Positions 17,475-24,856 of a DNA stretch of 30,245 nt are shown here, piece after piece. The stretch's first letter is position 1. The number at the start of each line of letters is the position of its first letter. A program made the position numbers and the translations under genes. The DNA comes from Prevotellaceae bacterium (lineage in GTDB: Bacteria > Bacteroidota > Bacteroidia > Bacteroidales > UBA932): contig JAITHX010000122.1 in the NCBI GenBank assembly GCA_031279735.1, positions 1 to 30,245 of the forward strand, read 5' to 3'. The notes below the pieces were generated by a model, which saw nothing but the letters and a program-made list of their open reading frames with translations, searched no databases and was not told where the DNA came from.

Positions 17475-17499
17475 AAACCCGAAAGTATCCTTTATAAGT

Positions 17500-17526
17500 G
17501 GTTCTGCTGGGAATTGTGTGGAAAAG
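17500..17526 (+). repeat. Third copy of a 27-28-bp TIR-like motif GGTTCTRCTGGRAATTGTGTGGAAAA
   Basis: Direct copy at 18164-18191 and inverted copy at 17850-17877. Confidence 0.8.
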
Positions 17527-17579
17527 CCATAAAACCCTTATTTTTCAAAGGTACCTTAGCAGCATCCGGACAGCATGTA

Positions 17580-17878
17580 TTCACCCTTATTCCCCTATTA
17601 AGGGATTAAGGGATCGTGCGGTTATTCACCGCGTCGCGGTGTTTTTTCACCGCAGAGGACGCAGAGGCTTCGCAAGGGGCGCAGAGGCTTCGCGACCTTT
17701 GCGCAAGGTCGCCGGAGGCTGCGGGTCAAGCCCTCAATACTTGTAATCGCGCGCCCTTCGCAAAGGACGCGAAGCCCTTGCGCCCTTTGCGAAGCCCTTG
17801 CGCCCCTTGCGTTACAAAAACACCGCAACGCGGTGAAAAGACACGCAAACTTTTTCCGCACAATTCCCAGTAGAACCT
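17580..17878. repeat. Left arm (about 300 bp) of a long inverted duplication, containing a REPIN-like hairpin 17625-17837
   Basis: Aligns by eye along its full length to the reverse complement of 18163-18452, with scattered substitutions and small indels. Confidence 0.93.
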
Positions 17879-17945
17879 TATAAGTTATTTGTTCGACATC
17901 CCTTAATTCGCGAAACCATGTCGAAAAACATATCGAACCTTATTT

Positions 17946-17997
17946 ATAGGAAGGATATAGGAAGGATATAGGAAGGATATAGGAAGGATACAGGAAG
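17946..17997 (+). repeat. ATAGGAAGGAT 11-mer tandem repeat
   Basis: Four perfect units (17946-17989) plus a degenerate partial unit. Confidence 0.93.
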
Positions 17998-18162
17998 ACC
18001 GAAAAAAGTCCGACAACGTTTGAACTTGCAATGCGCTACAGTGGGGCAGCGAAAAATGACGAAGCAAAACACACTTAAGCGCTGTTGGTTACAAACGACC
18101 CAAAACAGGCAAATCCTGCCGAAGAACATATCGCCGCGAAAAGAATTTTCAGGACAACATTT

Positions 18163-18452
18163 AGGTTCTACTGGAAATTGTGTGGAAAAAGTTTGCGTGT
18201 TTTTTCACCGCGTTGCGGTGTTTTTGTAACGCAATGGGCGCAAGGGCTTCGCAAAGGGCGCAAGGGCTTCGCGTCCTTTGCGAAAGGCGCGCGGTTACGA
18301 TTCTTGAGGGCTTGACCCGCAGCCTCCGGCGACCTTGCGCAAAGGACGCGAAGCCTCTGCGCCCCTTGCGAAGCCTTTGCGTCCTCTGCGGTGAGAAAAC
18401 ACCGCGACGCGGTGAAAACCGCACAATCCCTTAATAAGGGAATAAGGGTGAA
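18163..18452. repeat. Right arm (about 290 bp) of the long inverted duplication, containing a REPIN-like hairpin 18204-18416
   Basis: Inverted counterpart of 17580-17878. Confidence 0.93.
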
Positions 18453-19055
18453 CACTTATTATAAATAAGAATGGAGTATTTAACTTAAGGCACACATCGC
18501 TTAACAGTCGCGGAACGGGCTATCCCGTTCTTCTGCGCGAAGGGAGAACGTTTTTTTTGAATAAACGGACAGGCGGCTACGTTCCTTAAGTAAAAATGGG
18601 CTATATTTAACTTAAGATTTACGTTTGAAAAACGTTAAATGGGGCGATTTTAACAATTCTTTACGCGAATTTAACGTTTTAGTTTTAACACTCTTTTGCC
18701 TTATTATTTTTAACAAAAAGGGGTATTTACAGTATTAAACGGCTTTAGAATGAATGGAATAACTATATTTAAGTTTCTTAAATTCTAATCTCTTTCAGAA
18801 AAATTATATAAGCAAGATTCCGGCGTTTGCATCAAAGGCTTTAACTTATTGACTAATTTGGTGTAACAGCTGATTTTTTCGGTCGAATGGAAAGAGCGAT
18901 TCCTCCGTTGAAATTTACAACGCATTGTTTCATAACCGTTTATTTTGCAAGCCGATGAAGGCGCGTTGCCGTTCGGCTGAGGTTAAAAATGGTTAAGGGC
19001 GGTATTTATATTGTTAATAGTTATTTCCTTTGTGTCAATAAGCATTGGATGTAAA

Positions 19056-19766
19056 ATGAAATATCTTTATTCTATCATAGTAGTAGTGGTCGTAGCGATC
19101 AACACTGCGGGGGCAAGACAGAAAGATTTCGGAGTATTTATTCCGATTCAGGGCACACACGGGATCGATGTATCCAGGTATCAGGACAAAATCGATTGGA
19201 AACAGGTGGCAGGATTAAAGTACGGCGACGACGGCATCGGCATAACGTTCGCGTTTATCAAAGCCACCGAGGGTAAAACTCTCAAGGATTGTTTTTTCGA
19301 CCATAACTGGAAGGAAACGAAGAAACACAAAATAATACGGGGGGCATACCATTACTATAAGCCCAACGTGAGTTCGAGCGAACAGGCGGAGAATTTCAAG
19401 AAGAATGTTGTTCTTCAGAAGGGCGATCTTCCTCCGGTGCTGGACGTCGAAGAGCTTGGTAAGTTCGGAGTTCAGAATCTGAAGAAGGGATTGAAGAACT
19501 GGCTGAAAATAGTGGAAGCACACTACGGGATCAAGCCCATAATCTATACGAGCACGAACTTTTACAAAGCGTACTTGTCGGGCGACGATTTTAAGGAGTA
19601 TCATTTTTGGATAGCCCAGTACGGCAAAACTAATCCTCGTGTCGATCGGGACTGGCTTTTCTGGCAATACAGCGACAAAGGCATAATAAAGAACATCAGG
19701 TCGAAAGTTGCGCTGAATTATCACAAAGGAACGAAGGAAGAATTGCTGTCTCTATGTAAGAAGTAA
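19056..19766 (+). CDS. Glycoside hydrolase family 25 (lysozyme/muramidase), secreted
   Basis: Signal-like MKYLYSIIVVVVVAI, GIDVSRYQ, FAFIKATEG, RGAYHYY, LPPVLDVEE (DxE), WIAQY and WQYSD. Confidence 0.92.
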   Translation: MKYLYSIIVVVVVAINTAGARQKDFGVFIPIQGTHGIDVSRYQDKIDWKQVAGLKYGDDGIGITFAFIKATEGKTLKDCFFDHNWKETKKHKIIRGAYHYYKPNVSSSEQAENFKKNVVLQKGDLPPVLDVEELGKFGVQNLKKGLKNWLKIVEAHYGIKPIIYTSTNFYKAYLSGDDFKEYHFWIAQYGKTNPRVDRDWLFWQYSDKGIIKNIRSKVALNYHKGTKEELLSLCKK

Positions 19767-19930
19767 ATAAAAAATTAGTAAACAGTCAATTTTGTCCGAA
19801 TCGAGAAATTCTTCTCGTTTCGGGCAATTTTATTTATTTCCGGCTCAACCCCGCTTCGGGAAACCTCAGATATCGTTTCTTGAAACATAAGAGATTATAA
19901 TAACGATTACCATAATTAAAAAAGATTTGA

Positions 19931-19938
19931 TATTTTTG
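19931..19938 (+). promoter_or_regulatory. Bacteroidota -7 promoter element upstream of parA
   Basis: TATTTTTG(CG) matches TAnnTTTG, about 100 nt before the parA ATG. Confidence 0.5.
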
Positions 19939-20037
19939 CGCCGAATATGTGCAAGGATGCGTCCGAAAGTCATATTGAAAAACAAGTGGTAGATTTTAGA
20001 TCTATTTGATAGGTAATATTTTATATAGTGTAATTTT

Positions 20038-20826
20038 ATGGGAAAAGTCATTGCGATAGTTAACCAGAAGGGCGGCGTGGGAAAAACAACGACGGCGATA
20101 AACGTGGCGGCAAGTCTGGGCGTTCTGGAAAAAAAAGTCTTGCTGATAGATGCCGATCCTCAGGCAAATGCGTCATCGGGAATGGGATTCGATATTAATT
20201 CCGTAAAAAACAGCATATACGAGTGTTTCATAGGAAAATCGACGGCAAAGGACGCCATACTGAATACTGAAATAAAAGGATTTGACCTGATCAGCTCGCA
20301 CATTGATCTGGTGGGAGCGGAAATAGAAATCCTCAACATGCCCGACAGAGAAAAGATAATGAAATCCGTAATCGACAAGGTTAAAGATCAGTATGACTAT
20401 ATTTTCATAGATTGCTCGCCCTCGCTGGGGCTAATTACGGTCAACGCGCTCACAGCCGCAAATTCGGTAATAATACCCGTCCAATGCGAGTATTTCGCGC
20501 TCGAAGGACTGGGAAAGCTGCTGAACACCGTAAAGCTCATACAGGTGCGTCTGAATCCCGAGCTCGAAATCGAAGGGTTCCTGCTCACGATGTACGACGC
20601 GCGGCTGCGGCTGGCAAATCAGGTGGTCGAAGAAGTACGGCGGCATTTCGGAAAGATGGTGTTTCAAACTATCATTCAGAGAAACGTAAAACTTGGCGAA
20701 TCGCCCTCTTTCGGAAAGCCCGTAGTGCTTTACGACGCCTCATCTGTCGGAACTGCAAATTATCTCAACATGGCAAAGGAAATCCTGAAAAACAATTCGA
20801 ATAAAGAATCGCAAAAGGCTCATTAA
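20038..20826 (+). CDS. parA: Chromosome partitioning ATPase ParA/Soj
   Basis: Deviant Walker [30 protein letters not shown] and [12 protein letters not shown]. Confidence 0.96.
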   Translation: MGKVIAIVNQKGGVGKTTTAINVAASLGVLEKKVLLIDADPQANASSGMGFDINSVKNSIYECFIGKSTAKDAILNTEIKGFDLISSHIDLVGAEIEILNMPDREKIMKSVIDKVKDQYDYIFIDCSPSLGLITVNALTAANSVIIPVQCEYFALEGLGKLLNTVKLIQVRLNPELEIEGFLLTMYDARLRLANQVVEEVRRHFGKMVFQTIIQRNVKLGESPSFGKPVVLYDASSVGTANYLNMAKEILKNNSNKESQKAH

Positions 20827-20831
20827 AGTCC

Positions 20832-21695
20832 ATGACAAAAAAAAACGCATTGGGAAAAGGATTAGGCGCCTTGATCTCCGATGCTCCTCAGAGCACGGAA
20901 AACATCTCGGTGGCCAACTACGAGATCGACATAAGCAAAATCAGTGTGAATCCGGGTCAGCCGCGAACCTCGTTCGACGAGGAATCACTGACGGAGCTTG
21001 CCGATTCGATAAGAATGCACGGAATAATACAACCTCTCACCCTGAGAGAAATAAATAAGGACGAATATCAGATAATCAGCGGAGAACGACGCTTCAGGGC
21101 GGCGAAAATGGCGGGACTGACAACAGTGCCGGCTTTCGTCAGAACAGCCAACGATCAGGAAACCCTCGAAATGGCTCTCATCGAAAACATTCAGAGAGAA
21201 GACCTCGACGCGATGGAAATAGCCCTCTCCTACAACCGTCTGATAGACGAATGTCAACTCACTCAGGAAGAATTGAGCGTGCGCGTCGGAAAAAAACGCG
21301 CCACGGTGACGAACTACCTGCGCCTGCTGACCCTCGAAGACGAAGTGCAACAGTCCATCAAGGAACGAAAAATCAGCATGGGGCACGCAAGAACCCTCGC
21401 CGGAATAACCGACAAAAAGATTCAGCGGAAACTTGCGGGCAAAATAATCAGCGAAGATTTGTCGGTGCGTCAGATAGAGGAGATCGTGAAGAAAATGAAC
21501 GAGGAAAAACCCTCGAAATCAAACGGCAAGCAGGAGGAATTATCGGACAGGTTCTGTGTGCTGGTGGAACTGCTGGAATCGAAGTTCAACAGCAAAATCC
21601 ACATCAAGCGCAATAAGAAGGGCGAAGGAAGCATCATCATCAACTATGCTTCCGACGACGACATAGAAACCTTCATAAAGAATCTAAGCGTCTGA
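20832..21695 (+). CDS. parB: Chromosome partitioning protein ParB/Spo0J
   Basis: NPGQPR, GIIQP, IISGERRFRA, ALIENIQREDL, HTH region and ISMGHAR. Confidence 0.96.
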   Translation: MTKKNALGKGLGALISDAPQSTENISVANYEIDISKISVNPGQPRTSFDEESLTELADSIRMHGIIQPLTLREINKDEYQIISGERRFRAAKMAGLTTVPAFVRTANDQETLEMALIENIQREDLDAMEIALSYNRLIDECQLTQEELSVRVGKKRATVTNYLRLLTLEDEVQQSIKERKISMGHARTLAGITDKKIQRKLAGKIISEDLSVRQIEEIVKKMNEEKPSKSNGKQEELSDRFCVLVELLESKFNSKIHIKRNKKGEGSIIINYASDDDIETFIKNLSV

Positions 21696-21715
21696 AAACG
21701 GAAGAAAAGAACGCC

Positions 21716-22714
21716 GTGCACCCTTATCGGAAAAAACTTTTCGCGGAACTGTCGGGAATCCTGCCGGCGCGACTTGTGTTTTGTTTCCGGTTCTGTTTCC
21801 GGTTTTGTTTCCGGTTTTGTTTCTTGTTCTGTTTCCTGTTCTGTCTCTTGCCCTCCGCCGGCGTCTATGCTCAGATAACTTCCTATTCTCAGGAACAAAA
21901 GGATCCTGCGGAAGAAGAGGCAAAAAACATCGAAGTCAAAGAACGAAAAAGCTATATAAAGGGTCTCAAAGGCACGGATTCGCTTTCGATAAGCCGGGTC
22001 GTCACAGCATCGATGCTTGTGCCGGGCTACGCTCAGGCATACAACAGACAGTACTGGAAAATTCCGGCGCTCTACGCAGGGGGAGCGGCATTGATTTACG
22101 GCGGAGCGCGAAGCAATGCGCTGTACAGGCAAACGGGCAAAGAGAGATACCTCTCCCAAAGCAAATACTGTTACGCGGGAGCGGGCTTGTTCTATCTTGC
22201 GGGTCTCATCGACGGACTGACAAACTACAAAACTCCGAAAGGCGTTATCGTCCCCGTAAAAGCCACGTTTTATTCCGCTTTTCTGCCCGGGCTCGGACAA
22301 GCCTACAACGGGGACTACTGGAAGATACCTCTCATTTACGGCGGGTTTGCTTTCTGGGCATACTGGCTCGACATTAACGCCATGCAGTACAACCGGTTTC
22401 GCAACGCCTACAATATAGAGGACGCGCGCGCTAAGGGCGACACGGAACAGACAAGCGAGTTCGAGGGACGGCTGTCGCTGGAAAGCATCAGAAGCTATCG
22501 CGACAGTTACAGGCGCCAGAGAGACTATGCCGTTCTGTATCTTGCTCTCTGGTATGCGGTGAATATCGTTGACGCAACGGTATTCGCTCAATTGAGCAAT
22601 TTCGACGTAAGCGAAAATCTTTCGTTCAATATTTCGCCGGCGCTGATACCTTTGAATTTGTATGCACAAGGCGAACCGGCAATAGGATTCAACTTGAAGA
22701 TAGGATTAAAATAA
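21716..22714 (+). CDS. DUF5683-family membrane protein with a duplicated motif
   Basis: PG(Y/L)(A/G)QAYN..YWKIP twice and NIVDATVFAQL.NFDVSENLS near the C-terminus. Usual position after parB in Bacteroidota. GTG start uncertain. Confidence 0.75.
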   Translation: MHPYRKKLFAELSGILPARLVFCFRFCFRFCFRFCFLFCFLFCLLPSAGVYAQITSYSQEQKDPAEEEAKNIEVKERKSYIKGLKGTDSLSISRVVTASMLVPGYAQAYNRQYWKIPALYAGGAALIYGGARSNALYRQTGKERYLSQSKYCYAGAGLFYLAGLIDGLTNYKTPKGVIVPVKATFYSAFLPGLGQAYNGDYWKIPLIYGGFAFWAYWLDINAMQYNRFRNAYNIEDARAKGDTEQTSEFEGRLSLESIRSYRDSYRRQRDYAVLYLALWYAVNIVDATVFAQLSNFDVSENLSFNISPALIPLNLYAQGEPAIGFNLKIGLK

Positions 22715-22850
22715 TTTAACGTGCGACATACGGGTTTAAAATCAGCGATTTAACAAATATTTAAACTGTTTTTCCACTCAGGGTGGATATAAATGCGTAC
22801 CTTTATCCCGTAATTTTACGGCGTACTTTGTTGTATAAAAATTTAAAAAT

Positions 22851-24392
22851 ATGTTAGTATTCGGAAGAATTGTGTTTTTAACTGCATTTTTCGTTTTATC
22901 TTTCACCTCGCGTTCGCAGGGCATAAACGAAAAAGCCTTGTTCAACGCCAGCGAAGCAAGGCGAATTTCCGAAAGGAAAAATAATCTCTCGAACAGACAG
23001 TCGAGAACGTTTTCTCCTTATTATTCGTCGGAAAACGAAACAAAATCATTTTCGGAAGGCCTCGACATTCAAACTGTCGAGAGATTGTTGCAAGACCCCG
23101 ACGATATTATTCTCTATCCCGACGAAGAGCTGCCGCCGGCGGATATGCCCGATTCGGTTTACATTCGCAGAATCACGGCGATGCCCTCCATAATATCTCT
23201 GCCCTACAACGAAATAGTCCGAAATCACATCGTTCTGTACGTCCAGAAGCGGGCTGAACGTTCGGAATATCTGCTGGGACTGGCGGAATATTATATGCCC
23301 ATATTCGAAGAAATACTGGATACCTACGATATCCCTCTCGAAATGCGGGCTTTACCCATCATCGAATCGGCTCTCAGCCCCGTTATCGTTTCGAGGCGCG
23401 GAGCAACAGGCATGTGGCAGTTCATGCTCAATACCGGCAAACACTACGGTTTGACCATCAACACTTACGTGGACGAACGCCGCGATTTCATAGCTTCCAC
23501 TCACGCCGCCGCCAAATACCTTAACACTCTCTACACCCGATTCGGCGACTGGACGCTCGCCATCGCCGCCTACAACTGCGGAGAAGGAACGGTGGAAAAA
23601 GCCATAATCCGCGCCGGAAGAAAACGGGACTACTGGGAGATTTATCCCCATCTGCCGAGAGAAACCCGAAACTACGTGCCGGCTTTCGTTGCCGCCAACT
23701 ACCTGATTACTTATTATAAGGAGCACCGGATGGAACCGAGAAAGATAATCAACTTTGAAACCCGAATCGATACTTTCATGGTCGGCACCAGAATGCACCT
23801 CGAACAGATAAGCAACGTAATCGGACTGTCGCTTACCGAATTGAGACGACTGAACCCTCAATACAAAAAGGATGTCATCCCCGGCACCGAACGCCCCTAC
23901 GAACTCCGAATCCCTTCGGATTTTACCGATGTTTTCATAGAAAGAGAAGAAGAAATACACAATCAAAACACAAAGTATTTCAGAAGCAGCATCGTCATCA
24001 ATCCCGTCAATGAGACGAAACCCAAAAGAAATTACACGGAACCGCCGAAAAGCGCCGACACTCCGCCCGCGCCTCAAAGGGTAGCCGTAAAGGAGGCTTC
24101 GACCCACATAGTGGGACCGGGCGAAAGTCTTGGCACCATCGCACTTAAATATAAAGTGAAGCTGAGCGATCTGTGCGCGTGGAACAATATCAAGTCAACC
24201 ACAACGATATTTCCGGGACAAAAACTTGAAATCTACGGAAAAACGCAAAGATACCACATAGTTATGCAGGGCGATTATTTGCTCAGCATAGCGAAAAAAT
24301 ACAATGTCAAACTCGACAGCATGTTGAAATTAAACAATATGACGAGGGACAGCAAGCTGATACCCGGACAAAGACTGCTTTTGCCCGATTGA
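22851..24392 (+). CDS. mltD: MltD-like lytic transglycosylase with C-terminal LysM domains
   Basis: LPIIESAL (catalytic Glu), ATGMWQFM, AIAAYNCG and ETRNYVP. Two clear LysM repeats (HIVGPGESL..., HIVMQGDYL...). Confidence 0.9.
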   Translation: MLVFGRIVFLTAFFVLSFTSRSQGINEKALFNASEARRISERKNNLSNRQSRTFSPYYSSENETKSFSEGLDIQTVERLLQDPDDIILYPDEELPPADMPDSVYIRRITAMPSIISLPYNEIVRNHIVLYVQKRAERSEYLLGLAEYYMPIFEEILDTYDIPLEMRALPIIESALSPVIVSRRGATGMWQFMLNTGKHYGLTINTYVDERRDFIASTHAAAKYLNTLYTRFGDWTLAIAAYNCGEGTVEKAIIRAGRKRDYWEIYPHLPRETRNYVPAFVAANYLITYYKEHRMEPRKIINFETRIDTFMVGTRMHLEQISNVIGLSLTELRRLNPQYKKDVIPGTERPYELRIPSDFTDVFIEREEEIHNQNTKYFRSSIVINPVNETKPKRNYTEPPKSADTPPAPQRVAVKEASTHIVGPGESLGTIALKYKVKLSDLCAWNNIKSTTTIFPGQKLEIYGKTQRYHIVMQGDYLLSIAKKYNVKLDSMLKLNNMTRDSKLIPGQRLLLPD

Positions 24393-24448
24393 AAACTCTG
24401 CATTTGAAATTCAATAATTTAATTTGTTCAATAATTTAATTCGGATTT

Positions 24449-24832
24449 ATGAAAAATATACTCATCGGAGTGGATCATCCGGCAATAGCTGCGGATGACG
24501 TGGAAAAACTGTCGAAATGGTACTGCGAAGTACTCGGCTACAAGGTGTGGGTCATCACCAAAACGCCTGTCTATTTGCTGGAAGCGCCCGACAGGACTTA
24601 TCTCGAAATAATGCCCCGCGACGAAACCCCGCGTCCGGAAAGAACGCTCAAAACTCCCGGATTTTCGCATCTGGCGCTGAGAGTAAGCGATATCGATGCT
24701 GCCGTCGAATGTCTCGACAAAGCCGGCGCAAAATGGAGCGGCGAGGAATTTGACGCTGTCGGAGGCGCCCGCATCCGCAATTTTCTCGACCCCGAAGGCA
24801 ACATCCTGCAAATTGTTCAGCGACCGGAATAA
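24449..24832 (+). CDS. VOC (glyoxalase/bleomycin-resistance/dioxygenase) family protein
   Basis: DHPAI, WY.EVLG, LEIM, HLALRVSDID and F.DPEGN.LQ pattern. Confidence 0.85.
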   Translation: MKNILIGVDHPAIAADDVEKLSKWYCEVLGYKVWVITKTPVYLLEAPDRTYLEIMPRDETPRPERTLKTPGFSHLALRVSDIDAAVECLDKAGAKWSGEEFDAVGGARIRNFLDPEGNILQIVQRPE

Positions 24833-24856
24833 ACAGGAACATCAAGTCGTAGAATA

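Noticed and set aside
17498-18495. Short ORFs on both strands across the long inverted duplication
   Set aside because: Mirror-image peptides arise from the palindromes; no transposase or other recognisable domain.
19870-19890. parS site (CGTTTCTTGAAACA)
   Set aside because: Too short and lacks the CACGTG centre of the 16-bp consensus; no convincing parS seen in the window.
17500-20037. oriC near parAB
   Set aside because: Only two DnaA-box matches, both inside repeat modules. No strand switch of genes, and GC skew cannot be assessed in 30 kb.
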